Notes under the pieces: generated by a model
Database searches by the model: none
What the model was told of the DNA's origin: nothing
The model's input: only the letters and a program-made list of their open reading frames with translations
Part shown: positions 51,496 to 64,000 of the stretch, in pieces
Position numbering within the stretch: position 1 is the first letter of the stretch
Layout of the letters: every line of letters begins with the position of its first letter
Made by a program: the position numbers and the translations under genes
Source: Mobula hypostoma
Lineage: Eukaryota
Length of the DNA stretch: 64,000 bases
Assembly: GCF_963921235.1 (NCBI RefSeq)
Contig: NC_086104.1
Location: 12,710,001-12,774,000, forward strand
Direction: 5' to 3'

Positions 51496-53099
51496 AAGAT
51501 GACAAACATACACTCAGTGGCCACTTTATTAAGTACAGGATTTATCTAATAAAATGGCTTCTGAATGCAGGTCTAAAGTGAGAGTACTAGGTTCAATGGG
51601 ATATGAGGGGTAATTTTCTCAGACAAATAATAATTAGCATTGGAATGAGTAGCCAGAGTGGTGATGGAGGCAGGAGGGGTGGTGGTGAGATCTCCGTTCG
51701 GTAACACTCCCCAGGACATTGTCATTCTCTGTCCCATGCTGTCCTGCTTTAACTTCCCAAAATAGAGTCACTGATTTATATAGCTTTGAAATAGGCCCAA
51801 CTCATCCCTATCAATGAGTTGCATGCCTGAACTAGACCCAGCTACCTGCATTAGGCCCAAATCTCTCTCAAGCCTTCATATCAAAATGTCTTTTAAATAT
51901 TGTAATTATACCCATATCTACAGCATTCTCTGCCAAGTTATTCCACATACATCAAATATTCAGAGTGTTAATGTTGCCCCTCAGGTCATGTTAAATAATT
52001 ATCCTCTCACAATAAATTTATGTCATTTACCTATGGACCTCCCTACCCTGGGGAAAAAGGACTATGGCCATCCACACCTCATGGATTTATAAACCATTCT
52101 AAGATCACCCCTCAGTCTCCTACACCCCAGCGGAAACAATCTCAGCCTATCCAATCTCCTCTTATAGGTCAAACTCTCCGGTAGCACTCACAAGCTTGTG
52201 AATCGTTCAGAGGGACAGGAGGGATTTACACAGTGTGAGGCTACAGAGGGATTTAAAAAGTCCCTCGTGATTTAATATATGTCTTTAAATCTGCCCCTCA
52301 TCTTCTGTGCTCCAGAACAAACAGTCCCAGCCTATCCAGTCTCCCCTTGTAACCCAAGCTCTCCCTCTTAGTCACATCTTTGAGAATGTTTCCTGCACCC
52401 TCTTCAGCTACATCACATAGTTCCTGTAGCTGGGTGACCAGAACTGTCCACGATAACCCTGCACACAATGCATATGGGAAACGACAGAGCACAGTGCTCC
52501 GATCTGAAACAGGAAGTGAGGATTCAAAACGAGCCAAGGGTGTAGGAGAGCAGACATTTCAGAGGGTCACAGGGACTGGAGGAGGTTACAGATTGAGAGG
52601 CTACAGGGGAATTTATATTTATCTATGATTATTTATTTATTATCCATGATTTAACATACCTCTAAACCCTGTGCTCCAGAGAAACAGACCTAACCTGTCC
52701 TTGTAACTCAAGTCCTCCAGTCCCAGAGGACCATCTTTGTGAATATTTCCAGCAACCTCTCCAGCCACATCACCCCGTTCCAGAACTGTCCACAATACCC
52801 CAAGTGCAATCTCGCCAATGTCTTGTACAGCTGTAACATTACATCCCGACTCCTGCATTTACTGGCCTGACTAATGAAGGCAAATGAAGTCAAGCACTTT
52901 CTTCACTACCTTGTCCACCAATGTTGACATTTTCTGGAATTCTACCCAGAGGACCTTCTACTCCGCAATAATCTCCAGGGCCCTGCCACTTACCGTGTAA
53001 TGTTTCACCCTGGTTTAACTGACTAAAATGCAATATTTGGCATTTGTCTGAATTAAATTACAACTATCATTTCCTTGCTCACTTTTGCAGTGGATGTAT

Positions 53100-53353
53100 A
53101 AAAGGCATCCGTTAGTCTTGCGAGACCATGGATCTGCGCCTGGCAAGTCTTCACTCTCCAGAGCACAAGCCTGGTCAAGGTCGTATGGAAGACCAGCAGT
53201 TGCCCATGCTGCAAGTCTCCCCTCTCCACGACACCAATGTTGTCCAAGGGAAGGGCATTAGGACCCATACAGCTTGGCACCAGTGTTGTCGCAGAGCAAT
53301 GTGTGATTAAGTGCCTTGCTCAAGGACACAACATGTTGCCTTGGCTAGGGCAA
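53100..53353. mobile_element. Short retroposon insertion (possibly RTE-related)
   Basis: 9-bp TSD TGGATGTAT at 53091-53099 / 53354-53362; absent from the paralogous segment near 22138. Confidence 0.7.
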
Positions 53354-53471
53354 TGGATGTATGTTCTATTGTAACTAGACAACCTTCTTCACTGTCCACT
53401 ATACCATCAATTTTGGTGTCATCTGCAAATTTAGTAACCGCCTTACATATATTCTCATCCAATTTATCAAT

Positions 53472-54204
53472 TGTTACATACCAGCAGCAATAGATCACAA
53501 ATGAGTCAGGTTTTAATGTCAAAACCACTATCTTTATTCATATTTACTCAAAATATAAAAGATTAAATGAAATAAACAAAAGTTAACAGTGTTATGCTTG
53601 TATATGTGTGTGTATATATGTAGCTCCCCAAACTATCAAGTTAGGAACGATTTTTAAAGTCTTAAGATTCAGACGGTGAAGTAGAAAGGTTCAGTAATCC
53701 ATGGAATAGACAATGGGAGAGAGATTTGTAATCCAGAATATAATGTAGAGGGAAGGCGATTATGTCGAATTCCACAAATTCCACACTGGTATAACAAAAT
53801 AGCAGACGTTGAGTCGTTCCGAAATCCACCTGGAGATATCACCAAATGACAGTCACAGGAAAATCGTCTTCAATTGGTTACCACTTAACACCCTGATTCC
53901 AGGTAAGGGCCAGCAAGAGTGATACCACGGGATACTCCAACAAATCCACACATATGGATTATACGAAGTGACCATCACATATTCGTTGTGCACTGCGTAC
54001 CGATGATCACCCCAATCTTTTGCGCATAGGAGAGTTCCAAACCATAGCAGTGACAAGCTGAAGTTCCAACAGCTTTTCCAGTCTCTCTCTCTGTAGGTTT
54101 AAGTCAGCAGCCGGCTGCCGCAGCTTGTGACTAACGTCATAGTACGCCTCACTCAGGCGCTCTTAAAGTAACACTCACAGTACGAGCCTGCGTCTCTCGT
54201 AACA
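53472..54204 (-). mobile_element. Solo LTR (733 bp), related to the 45061 LTR
   Basis: TGTTAC...GTAACA termini; TSD TCAAT; shares aataaagatagtggtttt...aaaacctgactca in reverse orientation. Confidence 0.88.
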
Positions 54205-54841
54205 TCAATATATTTGACAAACAAAATACACAGCACCTTCCCCAGCAGTACGTCTGGTCACAGGCCATCAGTAAAAAAAGTAATGAGAGTATCCAAAAGA
54301 GGCCACAGAGGGAGAAGAGCAGAACTGTGAGAGTTTACCAGGGCGGGAGGAGGTTACATAAAGAATAAGTGGTTGAGAAACAAGCGGGGAATGTGAGGCT
54401 AAGGCTGGGAATGATCCTGAGGCAGGGAGCTGGTGCAGTAGGTACTGTTCCCCAGGTGGGAAGCAAGAAGAGAAGAAGCTAATGCCCACAGTGGAGTTGT
54501 AGTCAGGCCCACCCGTCCTCTCACACAGCCACATGGCATCGGCACAGAGCAAAGCGCAGCTCGTCTGATCCAGTCGCTCTCTTCTCCATCTGTCCACATC
54601 TACCTGCAAACCATGAACGAAGCCCATTACATCACCTCGCTGCTGCCCAAGGCCACACCAGCTCGTTGCCACAGGAACAGCAGCAGTGATGACAACACAC
54701 AACTGGCTCCACAAAGTGGCGGTGCGCCGCAGCACGTCTTGTCCGCAGCCTGGGAGGCAGGGCAGCGTGAGATTTCAATTAGAAGAGCTGCAGTAGGCAG
54801 TCACTGTGCACAACACCTTCACGTGGACATTTCAATGTCAA

Positions 54842-55323
54842 CACAAAATACTCTGCAGATGCTGGGGTCAAAGCAACACTCACAACACGCTGGAGGAACT
54901 CAGCAGGTCGGGCAGCATCCGTGGAAACGATCAGTCAACGTTTTGGGCCGGAACCCTTCGTCAGGACTGAAGAGGGAAGGGGCAGAGGCCCTATAAAGAA
55001 GGTGGAGGGAGGGTGGGAAGGAGAAGGCTGGTAGGTTCCAGGTGAAAAACCAGTAAGGGGAAAGATAAAGGGATGAGGGAAGGGAGGCAGGGAGGTGATA
55101 GGCAGGAAAGGTGAAGAAAGAATAGGGGAAAACACAATGGGTAGTAGAAGGAGGCGGAACCAAGAGGGAGGAGGTAGGCAGCTGGGGGAGGGGGCAGAGT
55201 GAGATAGGGATAGAGGAAGGGAGGGGCAGGGAACTACCGGAAGTTGGAGAATTCTATGTTCATACCAAAGGGCTGGAGACTACCTAGACGGTATATGAGG
55301 TGTTGCTCCTCCAATCTGAGTTT
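54842..55323 (-). mobile_element. PLE 3' fragment with decayed hammerhead (54933-54968)
   Basis: TSD AATGTCAA at 54834-54841 / 55324-55331; translation includes LEEQHLIYRLGSLQP, matching the PLE ORF end at 63648-63884. Confidence 0.8.
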
Positions 55324-55599
55324 AATGTCAAGTTTGCTGCTGGGGAACGGAAATGGAATTTGGCACCAGGAAGGAAAAGGGCGGTAATTCCAATCATCCG
55401 TGCTTTAAAAGACAGAAAAGTAAAATAGATATAAAGAAAATTAAGCTTAATTTATATATTATGTTTTATTTTGTATTTGCACAGATGTCTTCTTTTGCAC
55501 TATGGTTACTGGTCAGTCTGTGTTTGTTTATAGTTTTTCATTTATTCAATTGTTTATTCATTAATGTTTATTCTAATATTTATCCTAATTCCTTGCCAA

Positions 55600-56540
55600 A
55601 GTAGATTTGCATCATCATGAGACTCACTTTCTTGTGGGCATTCACAGCAATTACAAAGAAACACAACAGAATCAATGAAAACCCACACAACTAATAGACA
55701 AAAAGCAACCAACATGCAAAAACAAAAAAAGAGAAAAATTATTAATAAATAAGCAATAGATATTGAGAACATGAGCTGTGGAGTCCTTAAAAGTGTAGTT
55801 TTCCCCTTGGTTCAAGAGCCTGATGGTTGAGGGGTAATAACTGTTCCAGAACCAGGTGGTGTGAGTCCTGAGGCTCCTGTACTTTCTTCCTGATTACAGC
55901 AGCGAGAAGGGAGCATGGCCTGGGTGTTGGGAGTCTTTGATGATGGATGCTGCTTTCCTGTGACAGGATTCCTTGTAAGTGTGCTCAGTGGTGGGGAGAT
56001 ATTTACCTGTGTTGGACTGAGCCATATCCAGTAAATTTTGTCGCCTTTTGCGTTCAAGGGCATCGGCGTTTCCAAACTATGCTGATATAATAACGGTGAG
56101 GAATTTATAGCTGCTGATCCTCTCCACCTCTGATTACTTGATGAAGATTGGCTCGTGGACCTCCAGTTTCTTCCTCCTGAAGTCAATAATCATCTCTTGG
56201 CTGACACTGAGTGAGAGGTTGTTGTTGTGCCACCACTCAGCCAGATTTTCAGTCTCTGTCCTACATGTGAATTTGTCACCACCTTTGATTCGGTCAACGA
56301 CAGTGGCCTTAAATGTGGCATTGGAGATGTACTTGGCCTTGCAGTCACAAGTATAAAGTGAGTAGAGCCGGATGGTTTCCGTGGGTTCACACTCCTGAAG
56401 GATGCACTTACGTCAGCCTCAAAGACTGAAATCACAGAGTCATCGAGGGCTGTGGGAGCCTGTGAAGGGGTCTCTATGCTTTGAGCTCATCTAGGAGTGA
56501 AACCTTGTTGTCACTTATGTCGCCTGGTTGCTGCTTGACA
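55600..56540 (-). mobile_element. Degraded Rex1/Babar-like LINE pieces
   Basis: ISVFEADVSASFRSVNPRK and a 3' UTR similar to other copies in the window. Confidence 0.55.
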
Positions 56541-56639
56541 TGAATTTCAGAATTCCAATCTTCCTATCAATTTTCATCAAATTGAGCAGAAATCTAAAGA
56601 TATTATGCATAAGTTAGCCATGGCATTAGTTGGCATTAT

Positions 56640-56915
56640 TTATTTATTTATTGAGATACAGTGCAAGATAAGCCCTTCAAGCCACGGTGTCCAGAAAACC
56701 CCGCAATTTAATCTAGCCTAATCAAAGGACAATTTACAATAACCAACCAATTTAGCAGTAGGTCTTTGGACCCTGGGAGGAAATCGGAGCACCCAGAGGA
56801 AACCAACACGGTCACAGAGAGAACATATAATCTCCTAACAGGCAGCAGTGGGAATTAAACACAGTTTGCTGGTACTGTAAAACATTGTAACAGCCACTAT
56901 TCTACTGAACCACCG
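56640..56915 (-). mobile_element. tRNA-derived SINE
   Basis: Reverse-strand similarity to 51258-51495 (gtgacc...tgctccgatttcctcc). Confidence 0.5.
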
Positions 56916-57212
56916 CAAGGTCACCCAGTATTGGGTGACCTTCAATATAGGACCCATGTCTCTGTAGGTTTATCTGGAGGGCTGAGTCTCTGTTCTGTCA
57001 TGGCTAATCTACTGGAAATTGGCAGTTGTGGAGCTGGAAGATGTAAGGCTGCACTCTGCACTGTCCCACACTCTGATTCCTCTCCCTGCCACTCTGTCTC
57101 TAAATGGTCACCACTGCAGAGCACTTCAAGCGAAAGACAGTTACTACTTGGATGTTATGTATGCTCACAAAGCACAGGCTCTTCTAAGGGCCACCCACCA
57201 CCTCACAAAAGA

Positions 57213-59610
57213 GACCATAAGGTAGAGGAGCAGAATTAGTCCATTTGGCCCATCGAGTCTGTTCCGCCATTTCATCATGGCTGATCTGTTTTTCGTCTCA
57301 GCCCCAGTCTTCTGCCTTCTCTCTGTATCTCTTCTTGTCCTGACTAATCAAGTGAGGTCTTAGCAGTGCTTTATAAAGCCTCAGCATTACATCCCTGCCT
57401 TTATATTCTAGTCTACTTGAAATGAACGACCACAGCACCAACTCAACATGCAAATTAACCTTTAGGGAACCGTGCACAAGGGCTTCCAAGTTCCTTGGCA
57501 CCTCAGATTTTTGATTTTCTCTCCATTTAGAAAATAGTCTATCCTTTTATTTCTTCTACCAAAGAGCATAACCATGCACTTGTTGACATTGTATTCCATC
57601 TGTCACTTCTTTGTCCATTCTCCTAATCTGTCTAAATCCTTCTGTAGTCGCTCCACATCTTCAAAACTACCTGCCTCTCCACCTGTCTTTGTATTGTCTG
57701 CAAACTTTGCAACAGAGCCTTCAATTCCATCACCACGTCATTGACATATAATATAACAAGAATCAGTCCCAACACAGCCTCCTGTGGGACATCAGTAGTC
57801 ACCAACAGCCAACCAGAAAAAGCTCCCTTTATTCCCTCTCTTTGTCTCCTACCAATCAGCAATGCTCTTTCCATGTTAGTATATTTCTTGTAATACCATG
57901 TGCTCTTAACTTATTAAGCAGCCTTATATGTGGCACCTTGTCAAAGGTCTTCTGAAAATCCAAGTATACAACAACTGATTCTCCTTTGTCTATCCTGCTT
58001 GTTATTTCTTCAAAGAATTCCAACAGATTTGTCAAGCAAGATTTTCCCATAAGGAAACCATACTGACTATGGCCTATGTTATCATGTGCCTCCAAGTACA
58101 CCGAAACCACATCCTTAACAATCGACTCCAACATCTTCCCAACCACTAAGGTTAGTCTAACTGCCCTATTGTTCTTCTTTTGCCTCTTCCTTCTTGAAAT
58201 TTTCCAGAACCATTCCAGAATCTAGTGATTCTTGAAAGATCATTACTAATGCCTCCACAATCTCTTCAGAACCTCTTTCAGAACCCTGAGGTGTACACCA
58301 TCTGGTCCAGGTGACTTATCTACCTTAAGACCTTACAATTTCCCAAGAACCTTCTCCCTAGTAATGTCAACTTTCACACTTCTGATCCCTGACAATCTCA
58401 AACTTCCACCACACTATGTCTTCCACAATGAAGACTGATGCAAAATACTTATTCAGTTCACCCACCATTTCCTTGTCCCCGATTACTCCCTCAGCATAAT
58501 TTTCCAATGGTCCGATATCCACTTTTGCCTTTCTTTTACATTTCATGTATCTGAAAATTTGTGTTGGTATCCTCCTTAATATTATTGGCTAGCTTCCTTT
58601 CATATTCCATCTTTTCCTTCCTAATTACTTCCTATTTTCCTTCAGTTGTTTTTTTTAGAAAGTTCCCAATCCTTAAACTTCATGCTAATTTTTGCTCTAT
58701 TATGTGCCCTCTCTTTGGCTTTTATGTTGGCGTTGACTTCTCTTGTTAGCCAAGATTGTGTCATCTTGCCTTTAGAATACTTCTTCCTCTTTGGGATGTA
58801 TATATCTTGTGCCTTCCAAATTGCTTCCAGAAACTCCAGCCATAGCTCTCTGCCATCATCCCTATCAGTGTTATTTTCCAAACAACTCTGGCCAACTCTT
58901 CTCTCATGCCTCTATAATACTGATAGACCTGACTTCAGCTTCTACTCAAATGTCAGGGTGAGTTTGACCATACTATGATCACTTGCCACTAGGGTTTCTT
59001 TTTACCTTAAACTCTAATCAATTATGGTTCATTGCACAACACCCAATCCAGAATAGTTGATCCCTTAGTGAGATCAACTACGAGCTGCTGTAAAAAGCCA
59101 TTGTGCAGGCATTCTAGAAATTTCCCCCCTTGGAATCCAGCACCAACCTGATTTTCCCAATCTATCTGCATATTGAAATTCCCCATTGCAAAATTGCCCT
59201 TTTGGCATGCATTTTCTATCCCCCATTGTAATTTGTAGACTGTACATAACTCCCATCATGATTTTTTTTACACTTGCAATTCCTTAACTTTACCCACAGC
59301 GATTCAATACACAAAATGTATCCTTGGATGGTAATCTCCCAACTACAGTCTTCTTTCAGCCACTGTTCAGTGATGCCCACATCACACATGCCAATCTGCA
59401 ACTGTGCTACAAGTTCATATACCTTAATCATTATACGGTGCACATTCAAATATAACACTGTCAGTCCTGTATTCGCCCTTAGTTACCTTTATCATCCTGT
59501 TGACTGCAAATTTTCCATACCATCAGCCTCTCCTTGCTAGGAGTCTCACTGTACATCACCTTTGTTTGTAACCCAGCTACCTCATTCTCAGCACTCTAGT
59601 TTCATCCCCC
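57213..59610 (-). mobile_element. Degraded CR1 ORF2 through 3' end
   Basis: GITEQWL, KSCLTNLLEFFEE, DFQKTFDKVPH, YKALLRPH. Confidence 0.8.
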
Positions 59611-60086
59611 TGCAGTTTATCGGGGAGACAGGAGGTCTCACGGGCTTCCCACATCCCACACACAAGTACAAAACATCACAGGAGTCCCGATGAAGGTGTC
59701 TCGGTTGGAAACGCCGACTGTTTACTCTGTTCAATAAATGTTGCCTGGCCTGCTAAGTTCTTCTAGCATTTTGTGAGGTACACAGTGCGATCAATGTAAG
59801 ATTAAAATTGACCCCAACCATTACTCCTGAGACTGGTCGAAATCCGGTGGCCAGTGACACATACCGGTATCTCAGCAGCCCCCACCCCACATCGTACTTC
59901 GTCTGGAACAGGCTGTTTGAAATCAATGCTGGATATTAAGCTTTATGCACTACAAAAGACACGGTTGGGGTCGGTCATTCAACGCCGACAGTTGGTGAGG
60001 GACCCAACTGTGGGCTTCATTAAAACAACATACATCGAAGTTGCTGGTGAACGCAGCAGGCCAGGCAGCATCTCTAGGAAGATTAC

Positions 60087-60122
60087 AGTCGACGTTTCGG
60101 GCCGAGAGCCTTCGTCAGGACT
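60087..60122 (-). ncRNA. Minimal hammerhead ribozyme (core intact, one stem II mismatch)
   Basis: AGTC-CTGACGA-A-GGCTCTCGGCCC-GAAAC-GTC-GACT. Confidence 0.75.
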
Positions 60123-60377
60123 AACTGAAGGAAGAGCTAGTAAGAGATTTGAAAGTGGGAGGGGGAGGGGAAGATCCAAAATGATAGGAGAAGACAGGAG
60201 GGGGAGGAATGGAGCCAAGAGCTGGACAGGCAATTGGCAAAAGGGATATGACAGGATCATGGGACAGGAGACCCAGGGAGAAGGAAAAGGGGGAGGGAGG
60301 GGAAAAACCCCAGAGGATGGGCAAGAGGTATAGTGAGAGGGACAGAGGGAGAAAAAGGAGAGTGAGAGAAAGAATGT

Positions 60378-63300
60378 CTCTCTTTAAATCTTTTTATTGA
60401 ATAAGTATACAAAAAGGTAAGCCATATAGGCACTAATACACTGTTAGCATATAATAAAATTACAGAAGATATTAATACAAAAAAATACTACAAACAATGT
60501 AATTTAAACATAACGTACCAAGGTAACATAATAGTATACTAATTTTTATATATATATCAATAGAGAAAAGGGAAAAAAAAACCCACCGTGCAACTAACTA
60601 AAAGCAAAGCAAAGCAATGGGCTAACTTGAAACCAAACAGAGTTTAAAAACTTAAAATCACATCCTCAATCCCGACCTCCATTAAAAACAGTAAAAAAAA
60701 ACAAGAAGGGTATATATTACATTAAATGAAAATATTGAATAAAAGATCTCCAGGTCTGTTCAAATTTAAATGAGGAGTCATAAAGATTGCTTCTAATTTT
60801 CTCCAAATTCAAGCATAATATCGTCTGAGAAAACCAAAAAAAGGTAGATGGAGCATTAAGCTCTTTCCAATGTTGTAAGATACATCTTTTCACCATTAAA
60901 GTAAGAAATGCAATCATTCTACGGGCTGAAGGGGAGAGATTACTGGAAATTTTAGGTAGTCCAAAGATAGCAGTAATAGGGTGAGGAGAGATATCTATAT
61001 TCAATACCTTGGAGATAATATTAAAGATGTCTCTCCAAAATGTTTCCAGAGTAGGGCAAGACCAAAACATATGAGTTAAAGAGGCTATCTGCCCCGGACA
61101 TCTATCACAAAAAGGATTAATATGAGAATAAAAGCGAGCTAATTTATCTTTGGACATATGTGCTCTATGAACAACTTTAAATTGAATTAGGGAATGTTTA
61201 GCACAGACAGAGGAAGTACTGACTAATTGTAAAATCTGCCCCCAGTCATCCACAGAAATGATAAACCCCAATTCCTGTTCCCAATCTACCCTAATCTTAT
61301 CAAATGGAACTTTTCTAAGTTTCATAATAATATTATAAATCATAGCCGATGCACCTTTCTGACATGGATTAAGGTTAATTATAGTATCTAAAATGTATGT
61401 AGGAGGAAGCATTGGAAAGGAAGAAAGTATAGTACTTGGGAAATTTCTAACTTGTAGATATCTAAAAAAATGTATTCTTGATAAGTTATATTTATTAGAT
61501 AATTGTTCAAAAGCCATAAGGGAACCATCTAAAAATAAATCCAAAAACCGTGAAATACCCTTGGTCTTCCAAATTTGAAAAGCACGATCTGTAAAAGAGG
61601 GAGGAAAAAAATATGTTACCTAAAATAGGAATCGCTAACCCAAATTGATTAAGATCAAAAAATTTTCTGAATTGAAACCAAATACGTAAGGTATATTTAA
61701 CTATCGGGTTAGACACCTGTTTAAGGCGTTTCAAATCAAAAGGAAGAGAGGAACCTAAAATAGAGCCAAGTGTATAACCCTGAACAGATTGTAATTCCAA
61801 TGCTACCCATTTAGGAATGGATAGTATATCCTGGTCAAGTAACCAGAATTTCATATGTCAAATATTAATTGCCCAATAATAAAATCTAAAGTTAGGTAAT
61901 GCTAAGCCTCCATCTCTCTTAGCTTTCTGTAAATGTATTTTACCCAGTCTCGGGTTTTTATTTTGCCAAATAAATGAAGAAATTTTAGAGTCGACTTTGT
62001 CAAAAAAAGATTTTGGAACAAAGATTGGTAATGCCTGAAATATATATAAAAATTTTGGCAAAAAAAACATCTTAACTTCATTAATACGACCAATCAAAGT
62101 TAAATATAAAGGAAACCATTTAGATGAAAGTTGAATAATATGGTCTATTAATGGTAAAAAATTAATCTTAAATAAATCTTTGTATTTACAAGTAATTTTA
62201 ATCCCAAGATATGAAAAATAATTATTAATCAATTTAAATGGAAAGTTAAGATATAAGGGAAGTTGTTTATTAATCGGGAAAAGTTCACTCTTACTAAGAT
62301 TTAATTTTTAACCTGAAAAAAGACCAAATTGTGCTAATAGCTCTAAAACAGCCGGGATGGATTTTTGGGGATTAGAAATATATAAAAGTAAGTCATCAGC
62401 ATAGAGTGATATTTTATGGGACTTTAAGCCCCGAGTTATCCCAGTAATATTTGGAGATTCTCGAATGGCAATTGCAAGAGGTTCTAATGCAATATCAAAT
62501 AATAAAGGACTAAGAAGACAACCTTGTCGAGTACCTTGACTCGGACTTTGTTAACTTTATGAATGAACAGATTGATCTTTTTTTTACAATTAACTATACG
62601 GAGGATATTTCTGTGAACATTCTTTGGGATACTTTTAAAGCTTATATTCCTGGTCAGATTATCTCGTATTCTGCTGCTTTGAGGAAGAAGCTGAAGCAGG
62701 AGGAGTTGGTAATTGTGGACAAGATTAAGGAAATTGATAAGAAATGTGTTATAGCTCCTTCTGAGGAATTATATAAACAAAGAACTGAACTTCAAATGGA
62801 ACACAGTTTATTACTTTCGTCCTCGATTATAAACCAATTAAAGAAAACAAGAAGTGAATTTTATGTACACAGTGACAAAATTGGCAAACTGTTGGCTAAT
62901 CAACTGAAGTCTAATTATGCTAAATCTCAAATTAATCAGATTTATAACCAAAATGACCGACTGATACTTGATCATGTGGGGATTAATCAAACCTTCTGTG
63001 ATTTTTATTCTTCCTTATATCAATCAGAGTCTCCTCGAGATTCTAAATATATGAATGATTTTTTAGATAATCTAGACTTCCCTGAGATTTCACAGGATAT
63101 GTCTTCTATGTTAGATACTCCCATTACCACGGATGAGATTAAGAATGTTATTTTCTCTATGAATTTGGGGAAAGCTCCTGGCCCTGATGGGTTTACCGTA
63201 GAATTTTATAAATGTTTCGCTCCCTCATTAATCCCTTGGTTCTGCAGGGTTTCTGAGGCTTCATTAAAACTTGGTAAACTTCCCGAATCTTTCAATAGAG

Positions 63301-63583
63301 CGTCAATTTCTTTAATATTAAAGAAGGATAAAGATCCTGCTCAATGTGCATCTTACAGACCAATATCTTTATTAAATGTTGATTCTAAAGTTTTTTCTAA
63401 GTCATTAGCAAATAGATTAGAAAAAGTACTTCCTTCTATTATTTCGGAAGACCAAACGGGTTTTATTAAAGGTCGTTACTCTTTTTATAATATTCGCACA
63501 CTGTTAAATATTGTTTATACTCCCTCACAAAATGTTCCTGAGTGTGTTATCTCTTTAGAGGCTGAGAAAGCTTTTGATAGAGT
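60378..63583. mobile_element. L1-clade LINE, 5'-truncated with 5' inversion
   Basis: - strand 60378-62536 has GTRQGCPLSP, LYADD, YLGI, GGLALP and the C..C..H..C motif; + strand 62537-63586 has WDTFKAY, KAPGPDGF, DQTGF, EKAFDRVE; TSD AGAAAGAATGT at 60367-60377 / 63584-63594. Confidence 0.92.
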
Positions 63584-63869
63584 AGAAAGAATGTGTGTAT
63601 AAAAATAAATAACGGATACCCCATCCGTTAAAGGGGGAGGTGGGGCATTAGCGGAAGTTAGAGAAGTCAATGTTCGTGCCATCAGGTTGGAGGCTACCCA
63701 GACGGAATATAAGGTGTTGTTCCTCCAACCCGAGTGTGGCTTCATCTTCACAGTAGCGGAGGCCGTGGATAGACATATCAGAATGGGAATGGGATGTGGA
63801 ATTAAAATGTGTGGCCACTGGGAGATCCTGCTTTCTCTGGCGGACAGAGCGGAGGAGTTTATTAACCCA

Positions 63870-64000
63870 CCGGCAATAATCCAATCAGGGAGCTGCCTTG
63901 TTCACCAATCAAGAGACAGCAACTGCAGAAGCGCGGAAACTAGCCGCTTAGTCTCCTAAATAATCCGCAATTTGAAACAGCCCGCCAAAAATCCTTTGTT
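63870..64000 (-). promoter_or_regulatory. Orphan H2A-promoter homologue
   Basis: Reverse complement aacaaaggatttttggcgggctgtttcaaatt...agtttccgcgcttctgc..ttgctgtctcttgattggtgaa...gctccctgattgga matches 6519-6644 and 18966-19084. Confidence 0.85.

Larger units (their letters stand above)
49564..51569 (+). mobile_element. Tc1-derived non-autonomous element with nested LINE and SINE
   Basis: TA-CACTCARTGGCCACTTTATTA TIR; transposase N-terminal relic (MGEKYDLNDF...); inverted TIR copy ending near 51569. Confidence 0.7.
60026..63854 (-). mobile_element. PLE 3' part (GIY-YIG C-terminus plus hammerhead terminal repeat), split by an L1
   Basis: LPVATHFNSTSHSHSDM...LEEQHLIFRLGSLQPDG at 63648-63850; terminal repeat at 60026-60377. 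Confidence 0.85.

Overview
Vertebrate genomic DNA, most likely from a cartilaginous fish (ray/shark; inferred from the repeat families and the divergent H1). The window is a dispersed replication-dependent histone cluster within a dense field of transposon relics. Six intronless histone genes with 3' stem-loops are present: two near-identical head-to-tail H2B->H2A cassettes (+), one H3.2-type gene carrying P43R (-) and one divergent H1 (-). No H4 is present. The remainder is mostly CR1, Rex1/Babar-like and L1 LINE fragments, solo LTRs, Tc1 elements, SINEs and Penelope-like element (PLE) pieces. Main observations: (1) about 10 minimal type-I hammerhead ribozyme motifs in PLE terminal repeats; (2) a 1.8-kb near-perfect PLE palindrome with a hammerhead at each outer end, nested in a solo LTR that is nested in a Tc1 terminal repeat; (3) two 'ghost' H2A loci that retain the H2A promoter (one also the 3' flank) without the gene; (4) an old inverted segmental duplication giving empty/filled sites for four insertions; (5) a recurrent E2F/CDE-CHR-like motif upstream of H2A and H3; (6) an L1 with a twin-priming-type 5' inversion. 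All alignments were made by eye, and repeat family names are based on motifs, not database searches.
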